From Candidatus Nomurabacteria bacterium (GTDB lineage Bacteria; Patescibacteriota; Minisyncoccia; Phycocordibacterales; SBAW01), in assembly GCA_943349945.1 (NCBI GenBank), contig CALQZS010000001.1, positions 130,803 through 194,802 on the forward strand: 64,000 nucleotides of DNA, written 5' to 3'. How positions within the stretch are numbered: position 1 is the first letter of the stretch; each line of letters begins with the position of its first letter. This document shows, one piece after another, positions 46,372-56,125 of this stretch. The position numbers and the translations under genes were made by a program. Under the pieces are notes generated by a model. The model ran no database searches. It was given only the letters and a program-made list of their open reading frames with translations, and had not been told where the DNA came from.

Positions 46372-46420
46372 CAGTGCATTATACGTTTTTTACTACCCTT
46401 CGACTATTCTTTAGGCACAA

Positions 46421-46458
46421 AAAAACCCGCACCAGGAGCCCGGTGCGGACTTTTTTCG
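46421..46458. terminator. bidirectional intrinsic terminator
   Basis: aaaaaaa cccgcacc aggagc ccggtgcgg a cttttttcgg. Confidence 0.65.
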
Positions 46459-46620
46459 GACTCCGGAAGCAAGTGTCTACCGTGTATTAGGTGGGTGCTC
46501 TAAGCGGTACACCACGGTGCCCCGCCACAGCGAGCTCCCGGTAGATTCACTTAAGGACATTTGCCTCCGGGGTCCTGCCGCTATTGTATCAAATTTTTAC
46601 TACAATCCCCCACCCCTTCT

Positions 46621-46645
46621 AACCCACAAGTCTGACTTGTGGGTT
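46621..46645. repeat. REP-like hairpin aacccacaag tctga cttgtgggtt (inverted orientation relative to the other two copies)
   Basis: Same palindromic stem as 47598..47622 and 48348..48371. The loop is reverse-complemented (tctga vs tcaga). Confidence 0.75.
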
Positions 46646-46675
46646 TAGGTTTTACCCGAGCTATAATCTATAGAC

Positions 46676-47539
46676 TTATTTTGTCACAGCAGCCTTTCGC
46701 ATATATACAGAGACGTCTCCATATACGCCCCCAAGCAATGCTCCATCTTTTCCTGATGCCACCAGAAGTTCTATGTTTTTATCTTTAAGGGCAGCAAGAA
46801 TTGCATCGCCACGCACATCTCCCAGTGTGGCGTACATGCGACGAAATGCCTCAAAATCTTTAATAAAACAATCGCCCCCAGCCCCACGTCCTCCACTATG
46901 TACAGGGTTAGTGTGGCTAGCACCGACACGAGGGTCATGCACCAACGCATCGCGCACTCCTTCCCAGTCTCCTCCTTTCGCTTGCACCAGGTCATAGAGC
47001 AAGTTAGTAAACATGACTTTGGTGTATAAAAAACAATTGCCTGCATATTTGACCAACTCTGCATCACAGGCCAAAAGTATACGCGCGTACGGCGCCTCAG
47101 GCAGCACACTAAGCACTGCGCGGGCTTTTTCTTGGTACACAGCAGAGTCTACGGGGATTCCTACAATATTACGATGAGGGTGCGCTGCATCATGCGCCGC
47201 CGTAGCCTCGGTCAAAAACTCAGGGCTGTGTAGCACAAAAATGTCAGGGTATATTTGCTGAAACATCTCTGTCGTGCCTGGCAGTATGGTTGACTTAATG
47301 ACCGCCACTTTTCCTTTGCCCACAAGAGGCAGTACGCGCGCAATAATGGAGCTGTCGAACCCCTCTGGAGTGGTAGGGGTTGGCACCGCAATAAACACAA
47401 TGTCGCACCGGGCTATACGATCTTTGTTTGCTCGATATGGCTCTTCAAGCGCGTAACGTACAACCGTATAGCCACGGTTTTCAAAATCATCTGCATAATG
47501 TCTGCCGATCCACCCCTGCCCAATAAATCCTATGTGCAT
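46676..47539 (-). CDS. nucleotide-sugar (UDP-glucose/GDP-mannose) dehydrogenase-family protein, short form
   Basis: N-terminal Rossmann GFIGQGWIG. Catalytic-Cys block GGRGAGGDCFIKDFEAF resembles GGSCFPKD of UDP-glucose dehydrogenases. 287 aa, shorter than typical. Confidence 0.55.
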   Translation of the reverse strand: MHIGFIGQGWIGRHYADDFENRGYTVVRYALEEPYRANKDRIARCDIVFIAVPTPTTPEGFDSSIIARVLPLVGKGKVAVIKSTILPGTTEMFQQIYPDIFVLHSPEFLTEATAAHDAAHPHRNIVGIPVDSAVYQEKARAVLSVLPEAPYARILLACDAELVKYAGNCFLYTKVMFTNLLYDLVQAKGGDWEGVRDALVHDPRVGASHTNPVHSGGRGAGGDCFIKDFEAFRRMYATLGDVRGDAILAALKDKNIELLVASGKDGALLGGVYGDVSVYMRKAAVTK

Positions 47540-47597
47540 TCCCTAGTAACTCGACGACTGAACACAAAGTTACTCGTCGACACCAAACCAGTGTCCA

Positions 47598-47622
47598 ACC
47601 CACAAGTCAGACTTGTGGGTTA
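47598..47622. repeat. REP-like hairpin aacccacaag tcaga cttgtgggtt
   Basis: Immediately flanks RAYT copy 2. Confidence 0.75.
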
Positions 47623-48321
47623 TTATTCCAGAATCGCCAAACTGCTCAATTCTGGCACACGTCCCAAGATTAAATCTTGAGCATTCGTACGAAAATCTGC
47701 CGGTGAACAAAATATTTCTGCGAGAATATCCTTTTCAACAACTGCCGCATATATAGAGTTTTCTCCAGCATACTCTTTTAAGCTCGAAAAAGGATACGTA
47801 TCGACAGCCCACTTCCACGCCTCATTAAAATTTTTTGCAGCAGTCACATATCCCCCTGGATATAATTCGAACACATTTTTTACTACTATATACGGGACCA
47901 CGTAACGCAAATGTCGGTCTGTCTCAACTGTACGACTACGATATGCACCTTGGAAAATACTACCTCGCTCACTATATTTTTCGTTAAAATATCGGGACAT
48001 ACTGCCACAAACACTTTGCATAAATCGCGCCACCCCTCTTTCTTGAGTTTCTTTAAGCAAAAGGTGGAAATGGTTCGGCATCAACGTCCAAGCAAGTACC
48101 TTTACTAATGGTCGACGTTCTGGCCAAACAGCAGGGCGTTCAAACATTCCCAGATCACAAATATCTCTCTCCCAAAAATCGGAGCGATGTTCGTCGTTTA
48201 AATAATAAAGGAGTTTTACAAAACGCCGCTTATCAGCCTCATCACGAGTGATAGGCATGCCGCGCGCTCCGCGTTTAACAACATGAACAAAAGAACCCAC
48301 TTCATGAGGTTCCACTCTCAT
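47623..48321 (-). mobile_element. second IS200/IS605-like Y1 (HuH) transposase, RAYT-like
   Basis: WTLMPNHFHLLL HuH motif. GAYRSRTVETDRHLRYV catalytic Tyr region. N-terminal VHVVKRGARG. Only distantly related to the copy at 3858..4556. Confidence 0.8.
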
Positions 48322-48347
48322 ACCCTTATAGTAGCCCCAAAATCTAA

Positions 48348-48371
48348 ACCCACAAGTCAGACTTGTGGGTG
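48348..48371. repeat. REP-like hairpin aacccacaag tcaga cttgtgggtg
   Basis: Immediately flanks RAYT copy 2 on the other side. Confidence 0.75.
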
Positions 48372-48377
48372 CAAAAA

Positions 48378-48977
48378 CTACTCGTCGATGCCGAAGCGCT
48401 TGTACTTGAAGATGGTTTGTTTACCAAACCAGTGCTCGATTTCGTGCTTTGCTTCCTCTGGAGTCTCAGACGCATGGACCAAGTTGTAGACTGCGCGTTT
48501 TTCGATGTTTGCAGAAATAGCAGAGTCTGCCGAGTAGTCGCCGCGGATGGTGCCCATCTCTGCCAAGTACGGCATAGTAGGCCCCACGATTTTGCGCACC
48601 ATGTCCACCGCGTGCACGCCCTGCACCACCATCTTGACCATAGGGGCCGAGATCATAAAGTCGATAAGCCAGCCGCGTACCACTTTACCAATTTTAAGAA
48701 GGTCGTCGGTACCAAAGTCTTTTTTCACATCATGTCCGTACTTTTGGTAGGTGCCGGTTGTCTTTTCGCCAATGCGCTTGAGCCACGCCTCGTCTTTGGG
48801 ATAGTGTTTGTCCATCTCGGCCTTAGACGGCTGGAACATCTCTAGAGCTACGACTTTGAGGTCGCGCTGCTCCATGCGTTTAATGATCTCGCCCGTGAGC
48901 CCTTTGCGTACGCCGTCGGGCTTTATGAGCACAAAAGTTTTTTCCTCCTTGGGATGTTGCATGCGAGCACTATACAA
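48378..48977 (-). CDS. ndk: nucleoside diphosphate kinase (extended form)
   Basis: TFVLIKPDGV...NLVHASETPEEAKHEIEHWF. The true start may be the second Met (48962). Confidence 0.85.
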   Translation of the reverse strand: MYSARMQHPKEEKTFVLIKPDGVRKGLTGEIIKRMEQRDLKVVALEMFQPSKAEMDKHYPKDEAWLKRIGEKTTGTYQKYGHDVKKDFGTDDLLKIGKVVRGWLIDFMISAPMVKMVVQGVHAVDMVRKIVGPTMPYLAEMGTIRGDYSADSAISANIEKRAVYNLVHASETPEEAKHEIEHWFGKQTIFKYKRFGIDE

Positions 48978-48999
48978 TAGTATGTAAGATTTTGCAATA

Positions 49000-49764
49000 T
49001 CAAAACGGCGTCAACACCTCGCACCCGTCTTTTGTCACCATCAGCGTTTGCTCAAACTCAGTACTGCGCAAACCGTCGCGCGTGTGGTAGGTCCACTCGT
49101 CTTTTGCCAAGGTGATGTGCGGCTTACCCTCGCAAAAAATAGGCTCTATGGCGATGATTAACCCTTCTTTAAGAATCTCCCCCGTGCCCGCCTCCCCTTC
49201 GTTTGGTATGTAGGGTTTTTCGTGCGGGACTTTACCCAGCGCGTGGCCCCCTAGGTCTTTTGCAATAGTAAAGTTGTATTTGCGGGCAACACGCTCGATA
49301 GCCGCACCGATGTCGCCCACATGCGCACCCGCTTTGACCACCTTGAGCGCCTCGGCAAGCGCCTCGCGCGAGGCATTAAGGAGCTTCATCCCCTCTGCAT
49401 CTACCGCGCCCACCGGCACCGTCAGCGCTGCGTCGGCAAAAAAGCCATTGTAAGAAACCCCAAGGTCGAGCATCACCAAGTCGCCGTCTTTGACTACCTT
49501 GTCTTCTGTGGGGATGCCGTGCACCACTTCGTCGTTTATAGAAACACACAGCACGGCAGGAAACGGGTACGCAGCCCCGCTTGGTTTGTAGTTTAAAAAC
49601 GCGGGCTTGCCACCCTGCTCTTGTATGATGCGCTCGGCAGCCAAGTCGAGCTCCGCAGCAGTGACCCCAGGCACCACCAGCTTTGCCGTCTCGGTGAGCG
49701 CATGCGCCAAGATGCTGCCTGCTTTGCGCAAATTATCTATGTCTGACTGGGCGGTTGCTATCAT
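49000..49764 (-). CDS. map: type I methionine aminopeptidase
   Basis: VVHGIP...DLGVSYNGFFAD... metal ligand blocks. Confidence 0.9.
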   Translation of the reverse strand: MIATAQSDIDNLRKAGSILAHALTETAKLVVPGVTAAELDLAAERIIQEQGGKPAFLNYKPSGAAYPFPAVLCVSINDEVVHGIPTEDKVVKDGDLVMLDLGVSYNGFFADAALTVPVGAVDAEGMKLLNASREALAEALKVVKAGAHVGDIGAAIERVARKYNFTIAKDLGGHALGKVPHEKPYIPNEGEAGTGEILKEGLIIAIEPIFCEGKPHITLAKDEWTYHTRDGLRSTEFEQTLMVTKDGCEVLTPF

Positions 49765-49767
49765 AGT

Positions 49768-50367
49768 CTACGCGAGCCCTAGTTTGGCCAAAATGTCGGC
49801 GTGGATTGCTTCGACAGTGCGCTCGCCGTCTATGTCGACCACACGGTACAGTGGGTTTGCACGGAACCACTCGATGTTAGGCATCGTATCTTTGCGCGAC
49901 CAAGCAAGCCGTTTGCGGATACTCTCTTCGGTGTCGTCATGGCGGCCGCGCTTAAGCAGCCGGGCAACTGCCTCGTCGTCCGAAATGTTGATGCACACCA
50001 CCGTAGGCATGTCGCGTTTATAAAACTCCACCAAGGCCGAGTCCAGCGTAGGCACCTGTGTGGCCGTGCGCGGAAAGCCGTCGATGATCAAATCCTCCTC
50101 TCCGGTGTGCATAGTGTCCATCAGATATTGTGCAAACAAACTTGCACTTATGGCGTACGGTATCAAACCACCCTGCTGCAATATTTCATTCGTTAGCCGC
50201 CCCGTGTAGTCGTCTTTTGTAGCAAGCTCGCGCAGCTGTTTGCCCATCTCGAAGTGGACTATTTTGCGCGTCGCATCTTGCGCCACCATTGCCTCTTTAA
50301 GCAGCTGTATTTGCGTCCCCTTGCCCGAGCCTTGTGGCCCTAAAAAAATTGCAGTGAGTTTGTTCAT
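49768..50367 (-). CDS. adk: adenylate kinase (short, no zinc lid)
   Basis: IFLGPQGSGKGTQ P-loop. 199 aa. Confidence 0.9.
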   Translation of the reverse strand: MNKLTAIFLGPQGSGKGTQIQLLKEAMVAQDATRKIVHFEMGKQLRELATKDDYTGRLTNEILQQGGLIPYAISASLFAQYLMDTMHTGEEDLIIDGFPRTATQVPTLDSALVEFYKRDMPTVVCINISDDEAVARLLKRGRHDDTEESIRKRLAWSRKDTMPNIEWFRANPLYRVVDIDGERTVEAIHADILAKLGLA

Positions 50368-50966
50368 GCGTGTATATTGTACCCTTCTTTTTCAAGAATA
50401 GAGATCGTTGCCAGGACGGCATCTTCTAATTTACCGTTTGCGTTTACGACCTCATAATCATAAAAAGATCGCTCATCGCGCACCTCACTCACTGCATTTT
50501 CGTATCTTTTTGCGATTTCCTCCTCCGACATTTCTGGATTGCGGGCACGAAGCCGTGCTGGCAACTCATTTAAATCACCTGGCAAAATAAAAATGGTAGT
50601 TGCGTTGTAGCGCTCTTTATAAAACTTCGCCCCTACAATATCAGGGTTCACTAGGACAATGTTTCCTTTTGCTAATTTATCTGCCAAATCTGGCCCATAG
50701 GCGCCGTAGTACGTATCTCGATTTTCAATATACGTTACTTCAAGTATCTCTCCTGCTTGCTGTTTTTGTAAAAAATCTTCTTTGCTAAAAAAATAGTAGT
50801 CTTTACCATGTTCTTCTCCGGCGCGAGGAGTGCGCGTGGTTGCCGTAACTAGTCGGGCAGCATTTGGGCATCTATCGATTATCGCTTTTGTGATAGTGCT
50901 CTCGCCGCTCCCGGTCGGCCCTGCTATCACCGCAATCTGTTTTGGTTTAGCAGTAGGAATAGTCAT
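50364..50966 (-). CDS. gmk: guanylate kinase
   Basis: AGPTGSGEST P-loop, ATTRTPRAGEEHGKDYYF. Sits between secY and adk. Confidence 0.75.
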   Translation of the reverse strand: MTIPTAKPKQIAVIAGPTGSGESTITKAIIDRCPNAARLVTATTRTPRAGEEHGKDYYFFSKEDFLQKQQAGEILEVTYIENRDTYYGAYGPDLADKLAKGNIVLVNPDIVGAKFYKERYNATTIFILPGDLNELPARLRARNPEMSEEEIAKRYENAVSEVRDERSFYDYEVVNANGKLEDAVLATISILEKEGYNIHA

Positions 50967-50976
50967 GACAATAGTG

Positions 50977-52248
50977 TTAGTACTCCCGGATGGAGATTTG
51001 CGCGTCGATACGACGCGAGAGGTCGAGCACCACCGACACTACGATGAGCAGCGCGGTACCGCCCAAGGTAAGCGACTGGATGCCTGTGAGTGACTGCATA
51101 GCGATTGGCAAGACAGCGATAAGACCCAAGAAGAATGCTCCTACGAAGGTGATGCGGGTGATGACTTTGCTCAAGTGGTCGACCGTCGAGCTGCCTGGTC
51201 GGACACCTGGCACAAAGGCGCCGTTTTTCTGCAAGTTTTCTGCTATTTGGTGCGGGTCGAAGGTTACTGCGGTGTAGAAGTACGTAAAGAAGAACACCAA
51301 GGTAAAGTATAGGAGTCCGTAGATGCCTAGGTGCTGCAAGGCTTGAAGTACAAAATTGGCAGCCTGCGCCACCCACACCAAAGATGAGGTAGCAAAAAAG
51401 GTAGCCACCATTTGCGGCACCAACAAAAGCGACAAGGCGAAGATGATTGGGATAACGCCAGCCTGGTTAAGGCGCAGTGGCAAGTAAGTTGCAGAGCCGC
51501 CAAAAGTCTTCATCCCGCGTACCTGCTTGGCGTACGTAACAGGGACAGGACGCTCTGCTTCGGTAACCACCACCACAGCGGCCACCACGGCCACTGCAGC
51601 CGCTATAAACGCCAAGTATATAGGCAGCTGTGACGGTACAAAAGAGAACAGCGCTTGGCTCACGGTACTTGGCAAGCTTGCGACGATGCCGCCGAAGATA
51701 ATAACCGAGACACCATTGCCCAACCCAAATTCAGAAATAAGCTCGCCCAGCCACATTAGGAACATCGACCCTGCCACCACCACCAAGAGGTTAACCCCAA
51801 ATTGGAAGGCGCTGAGGTCTGGCAACACGCCTTGGCGCTCCAAAATAAGCAAAAAGCTGATGCCTTGCAGCACCGCGAGCGGCAACGACAGCATGCGTGT
51901 GTATTGGCTAAAGCGTTGGCGTCCTGCCTCACCCTCTTCTTGATAGAGCTGTTTGAGGCGCGGCACCATGATGGTCGACACCTGCATGATGATGGACGCG
52001 GTGATGTATGGCCCAACGCCAAGCAGCACTATAGACAAGTTGGCGAGCCCACCGCCAGAGAATAGGTTAAGTAGGCCAAAAAATTGGTTGCTTGCAAAAA
52101 AAGCTTGGAGCTGCAGTGTGTCTATACCTGGCACTGGCATTGCCGCCAACAGACGAAACACGGCGAGTACTCCCACCACAAACAGCAATCGGTTGCGGAG
52201 TGACCGGTCTGCAAACAAGAGTTTGAGTTTTTGACTAAAAGTACCCAT
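50977..52248 (-). CDS. secY: preprotein translocase subunit SecY
   Basis: 423 aa, 10 TM, conserved SecY blocks. Confidence 0.9.
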   Translation of the reverse strand: MGTFSQKLKLLFADRSLRNRLLFVVGVLAVFRLLAAMPVPGIDTLQLQAFFASNQFFGLLNLFSGGGLANLSIVLLGVGPYITASIIMQVSTIMVPRLKQLYQEEGEAGRQRFSQYTRMLSLPLAVLQGISFLLILERQGVLPDLSAFQFGVNLLVVVAGSMFLMWLGELISEFGLGNGVSVIIFGGIVASLPSTVSQALFSFVPSQLPIYLAFIAAAVAVVAAVVVVTEAERPVPVTYAKQVRGMKTFGGSATYLPLRLNQAGVIPIIFALSLLLVPQMVATFFATSSLVWVAQAANFVLQALQHLGIYGLLYFTLVFFFTYFYTAVTFDPHQIAENLQKNGAFVPGVRPGSSTVDHLSKVITRITFVGAFFLGLIAVLPIAMQSLTGIQSLTLGGTALLIVVSVVLDLSRRIDAQISIREY

Positions 52249-52277
52249 TAGATATTGGTGGGGCCAGTGACCCCGAA

Positions 52278-52718
52278 CTATGCTACCGAACCGCCCGCTG
52301 CTTCTATCTTTGTCTTTGCACTTGCCGACACCACACAGCCCGAGATGTTTAGTTTTTTGGCAAGCTCGCCATCGCCCAAGATCTTAACGACTGGTGCAGA
52401 TTTTTTCGGCGTACGCACCAACCCACGTTCTACCAAAACACTAGGAGTTATAGTATCACCTGCAGCGAATGCTGCATTAAGAGCCGCCACGTTTACTACC
52501 AATGGCTTGTTTTGGATACTTATCAAACCTTGGATACCACGACCACGGAGTTTAGGAATCTTCTTGAGCTGCTCGCGGATGTCTGGGCGGATAGAGTGGC
52601 CTGCGCGCGCCTTCTGACCCTTGGTGCCGCGACCCGAAGTCTTACCACGCCCACCACCGCGGCCCACGCGCTTTGCGGTTTTGTTTGGGGTTGCTCGTTT
52701 AAGTTCGTGAAGTTGCAT
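52278..52718 (-). CDS. rplO: 50S ribosomal protein L15
   Basis: Gly/Arg-rich GRGGGRGKTSGRGTKGQKARAG. Confidence 0.9.
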   Translation of the reverse strand: MQLHELKRATPNKTAKRVGRGGGRGKTSGRGTKGQKARAGHSIRPDIREQLKKIPKLRGRGIQGLISIQNKPLVVNVAALNAAFAAGDTITPSVLVERGLVRTPKKSAPVVKILGDGELAKKLNISGCVVSASAKTKIEAAGGSVA

Positions 52719-52727
52719 ATAAATTTT

Positions 52728-53360
52728 TTACGCCTTGAGTTTTTTAAGCGCCTCAATTGCTGCACGCGCGTTGTTGAGTCCGTTTTTACTGCCCGAGTGG
52801 ACTTTCGCAACCACGTTGGTTACACCCGCAAGCTCAAGCACTGGACGCACCGACGAACCTGCCACCAAACCGCGACCATGCGCTGGCATCATAGAGATGC
52901 GTGCGGCGCAGTACTTTGCCTCGGTTTCGTGTGTGATTGAGTTGTCCTTGGTAAGCGCCACAGTGATCATGTGCTTTTTTGCATCACGCACTGCTTTGTC
53001 TATAGCCAAGGTAGTGTCCCCTGCTTTGCCAAGACCCACACCTACTTTGCCTTTTTTGTTGCCGATAATAATCGCAACCGAGAAAGAGAAGCGGCGACCG
53101 CCGGCGACCACACGCGACACGCGACGGATGGTGATCATCTTTTGGTCAAACTCGCTGCGCGCACGTGGAGGGCGAGACGAGGCACGGTTTGGACGGCCAC
53201 CACGCTCGCCGCCGCGGCCACGCAAAGGGCGGTTTGCACCACGGCGGTCTTCTGGGGCTGCAGGTGCTGCAGGCACAGCCGCAGCCTCTGCCACAGCAGC
53301 AGGCTCCGCGGCAAGCGGTGCAGTCTCTTCGATTATGTCTTTTTCTGTTTCCATATGCAT
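52728..53360 (-). CDS. rpsE: 30S ribosomal protein S5 with ~80-aa Ala/Pro/Arg-rich N-terminal extension
   Basis: Core RRVSRVVAGGRRFSFSVAIIIGNKKGKVGVGLGKAGD... No L30 gene lies between rpsE and rplO. Confidence 0.9.
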   Translation of the reverse strand: MHMETEKDIIEETAPLAAEPAAVAEAAAVPAAPAAPEDRRGANRPLRGRGGERGGRPNRASSRPPRARSEFDQKMITIRRVSRVVAGGRRFSFSVAIIIGNKKGKVGVGLGKAGDTTLAIDKAVRDAKKHMITVALTKDNSITHETEAKYCAARISMMPAHGRGLVAGSSVRPVLELAGVTNVVAKVHSGSKNGLNNARAAIEALKKLKA

Positions 53361-53719
53361 TAAAATTTCAACCCGCCCTCTCGTGCTGCCTCTGCTACTG
53401 CTGCAACTCGGCCAGTATAGCGGAAACCGCCTCGGTCGAACACCACCGACTCAATACCTGCAGCTTTTGCCTTTTTGGCCAACTCCGCACCAAGCGCTTT
53501 TGCAGCTTCGCCTTTTTTTGCGGCCACCTTTGCACCTACCTCTTTGGTGCTGCCTGCTACCAAGGTTTTGCCTGCAGCGTCGTCGATAATTTGCGCATGA
53601 ACGTAGCGGTTAGACTTGTATACCGCCAAACGTGGGCGCGCTGCCGTACCCACCACGCTCTTGCGGATGCGGTTGTGTCGACGCTCTCGTCCTAATTGTT
53701 TTTTGCTTGCGGTATTCAT
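53360..53719 (-). CDS. rplR: 50S ribosomal protein L18
   Basis: [20 protein letters not shown]. Confidence 0.9.
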   Translation of the reverse strand: MNTASKKQLGRERRHNRIRKSVVGTAARPRLAVYKSNRYVHAQIIDDAAGKTLVAGSTKEVGAKVAAKKGEAAKALGAELAKKAKAAGIESVVFDRGGFRYTGRVAAVAEAAREGGLKF

Positions 53720-53725
53720 ACTAGT

Positions 53726-54259
53726 TTATGCGGTCTTTTTACCTTGTTTGCGGCGGATAACCTCGCCATCATAGCGGATGCCTTTACCTTTGTACGGCTC
53801 TGGTTTTTTGAGTGCGCGCACATTTGCAGCAAACTGCCCGACCATCTCTTTGTCAAAGCCCGAAATAGTAAGTGCGTTCTTCTCGGCAACCACGGTCAAT
53901 CCTTCTGGGATTGCCATAGTTACGGGGTGAGAAAACCCAAGAGACAAATTAAGTGTCTTGCCCGACACATCCCACTTAAAGCCCACACCTTCGACAATGA
54001 GCTTTTTTGCAAAACCCTCTGTAACCCCGTGCAACATGTTGCGCACGTGTGATGCGTAGGTGCCCAAGGCTGCACGCGCTTCGATAGAGGTGCCTTTAGG
54101 GCTCACCTGCACGCCTTCTGGAGTCACCTCGATAGCAATAAGGCGGTGACCACGCTTCTCTAGCGTGCCTTTAGGGCCTTTGACGCGGATGTCCCCTTCC
54201 GAAACGGTAATTTCGGCTTGTTTGGGAATTGCGATTGGTCGTTTTGCTAAGCGTGACAT
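53726..54259 (-). CDS. rplF: 50S ribosomal protein L6
   Basis: Start MSRLAKRPIAIPK. Two L6 repeats. Confidence 0.9.
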   Translation of the reverse strand: MSRLAKRPIAIPKQAEITVSEGDIRVKGPKGTLEKRGHRLIAIEVTPEGVQVSPKGTSIEARAALGTYASHVRNMLHGVTEGFAKKLIVEGVGFKWDVSGKTLNLSLGFSHPVTMAIPEGLTVVAEKNALTISGFDKEMVGQFAANVRALKKPEPYKGKGIRYDGEVIRRKQGKKTA

Positions 54260-54266
54260 ATATTTT

Positions 54267-54656
54267 TTACCAAATTTCAAACAGGGCTTCTCCGCCAACG
54301 CGCTTTATCTGCGCCTCTTTGCCTGTGGCTATACCCGCTGGAGTCGAGAGCACCAACAGACCGTGGCCGCGCTTGACTGGGCGCACATCGCGCACACCCA
54401 TGTAGATGCGGCGAGATGGCTTGGAGATGCGCTTTACGCCTTGGATAGTTGGCTTGCCGTCTTTGTAGGCAAGGACCACAGACAACACGCCACCTTTTTT
54501 AGACTTTTTGTCGACCGAAGCGATGTAGCCTTCGCGCTCCAAGATTTCGGCTATCGCAAACTTCATTTGAGAAAACGGCAAAGAAACAGTCTCTTTGCCC
54601 GCGCGAGACGCGTTTTGGAGGCGGATTATAAAGTCTGAAATTGAGTCAGTTACCAT
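54267..54656 (-). CDS. rpsH: 30S ribosomal protein S8
   Basis: [21 protein letters not shown]... Confidence 0.9.
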   Translation of the reverse strand: MVTDSISDFIIRLQNASRAGKETVSLPFSQMKFAIAEILEREGYIASVDKKSKKGGVLSVVLAYKDGKPTIQGVKRISKPSRRIYMGVRDVRPVKRGHGLLVLSTPAGIATGKEAQIKRVGGEALFEIW

Positions 54657-54835
54657 GATGATTTACGGACGCCCGGGATAAGCCCTTCGTTGGCTGCCTC
54701 GCGGAAGCAGGCGCGGCACATACCGAAGTCGCGCATAAAGGCGCGCTTACGGCCGCAGCGGAAACAACGACGAACAACACGCGAAGCGAACTTCGGTGTT
54801 TTGTTAGAGCGAGCTATAGTGGATTTTTTGGCCAT
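54650..54835 (-). CDS. rpsZ: 30S ribosomal protein S14 type Z (zinc-binding, 61 aa)
   Basis: [61 protein letters not shown] with a CxxC...CxxC motif. Confidence 0.85.
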   Translation of the reverse strand: MAKKSTIARSNKTPKFASRVVRRCFRCGRKRAFMRDFGMCRACFREAANEGLIPGVRKSSW

Positions 54836-55008
54836 TATTGAATGGTTACTCCCCATGCCTTGGGAGTTACGATTCTGTCGGTTTGCCTCGCCTTGCGACT
54901 AAGCGGCACCTAACAGAAAAAAGGAGCCCTATGGGGCTAGAGGGATACTAGCACAGCCCCCCTTGGGGTGCAAGCAAAGGGCCAAAAACGCCTAGCTTAG
55001 GAGGATAA

Positions 55009-55036
55009 TTGACAAAGCTGTGCGTAATGCTATAAT
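55009..55036 (+). promoter_or_regulatory. consensus sigma70-type promoter TTGACA-16-TATAAT
   Basis: ttgaca aagctgtgcgtaatgc tataat, about 65 nt upstream of the RlpA-like ORF. Confidence 0.55.
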
Positions 55037-55101
55037 TAATAAAAGAGGAGGCGTGCGGCGAAATACTCGCATCTTCCCCACCACTGCAAGGACGTCGGTT
55101 A

Positions 55102-55521
55102 ATGAAGTCTGTACTAGTACTTATCGCTTTTGCACTGGCCACGCTACCCAGCCTCGCTAGGGCAGCATGTCCACTACAAGAGGGAGTACTGGTTGCGCGT
55201 GCAACCTACTACAACCTGCCGGGCAAACAGATGGCCAATGGCCGCAAGTTTGACCCAAAAAACAGTGCCATGGCAGCAACTCCAAAGAATTTCTTTCCTT
55301 TGGGGACAGTGCTGCTTGTCACCAACCCGTCGACCAGCAAATCTATCATTGTCCGCGTGACTGATAGGATGCCAAAAATACAGAGGTGGCGCATGCCCCC
55401 AAAAGCACAGCACATTACAACCAAGCAACGTCTAGACTTAACGCCACGCGGCGCGGACATCTTAGGGTTTTACCCGACCCAAGGTGTCGCCTGCGTCGAA
55501 GTCCGACCCCTTAGGGGGTAA
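55102..55521 (+). CDS. RlpA-like double-psi beta-barrel (DPBB) domain lipoprotein/exported protein
   Basis: Signal peptide. ATYYNLPGKQMANGRKFDPKNSAMAATPKNFFPLGTVLLVTNPSTSKSIIVRVTDRMP. Opposite strand, inserted between rplE and rpsZ. Confidence 0.7.
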   Translation: MKSVLVLIAFALATLPSLARAACPLQEGVLVARATYYNLPGKQMANGRKFDPKNSAMAATPKNFFPLGTVLLVTNPSTSKSIIVRVTDRMPKIQRWRMPPKAQHITTKQRLDLTPRGADILGFYPTQGVACVEVRPLRG

Positions 55522-55524
55522 TTA

Positions 55525-55582
55525 AAAAGCCGTCGCAATTGCGACGGCTTTTCCCTTTAAATACATAGGCCGGGCCTATGTA
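55525..55582. terminator. pair of hairpins forming bidirectional terminators (for the RlpA-like gene on plus and rplE on minus)
   Basis: aaaagccgtcgc aatt gcgacggctttt; atacataggc cggg cctatgtat followed by tttttt. Confidence 0.7.
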
Positions 55583-56122
55583 TTATTTTTTGAATGGGAG
55601 CCCCAAGTGCGCCAAGTAGGCGTGCGCTTGTTTTTTGCCTTTTGCAGTAGTAACGATAGTTACCGCCATGCCGAATACGTCCTTAAGCTCTTCGTCTGCA
55701 GTCTCGGGGAACACTGAGTGCTCGCGGATACCTAGGGTGTAGTTGCCCATCTCGTCGATTGCGGTTGCAGAGATGCCTTTAAAGTCTTTGGTGCGAGGAA
55801 GTGCCACGTGTATGAGGCGGTTAAGGAAGTCTTGTGCGCGTTTACCGCGGAGTGTTACTTGGTAGCCTACGCGGTCGCCGATACGTGTCTTGTAGGTAGC
55901 GATGGACTTCTTTGCACCGCGAGTCACCGGCTTTTGGCCAGTAATGGTTGCAAGACGCTTTGCCACCAGCTCGACTTTTTGCTTGTCCTTTGCCATCTTA
56001 CCCACACCCACAGAGACAACCACCTTGGCTACCTTAGGTACTTGCATGACGTTCTTCCACCCAAAGTCGGCTTTGAGCGCATCAAATGTTGTTTTTTGCT
56101 GTTCTTGTAAAAGGTTTGCCAT
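55583..56122 (-). CDS. rplE: 50S ribosomal protein L5
   Basis: 179 aa. Conserved L5 blocks. Confidence 0.9.
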   Translation of the reverse strand: MANLLQEQQKTTFDALKADFGWKNVMQVPKVAKVVVSVGVGKMAKDKQKVELVAKRLATITGQKPVTRGAKKSIATYKTRIGDRVGYQVTLRGKRAQDFLNRLIHVALPRTKDFKGISATAIDEMGNYTLGIREHSVFPETADEELKDVFGMAVTIVTTAKGKKQAHAYLAHLGLPFKK

Positions 56123-56125
56123 ATA

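Noticed and set aside
46470-46560. CCGGAAGCAAG resembling the SRP (4.5S) RNA helix-8 motif CCGGAAGGAAGCAGC
   Set aside because: The flanking sequence cannot form the GGAA-tetraloop helix with symmetric and asymmetric internal loops. No complementary 3' strand was found.
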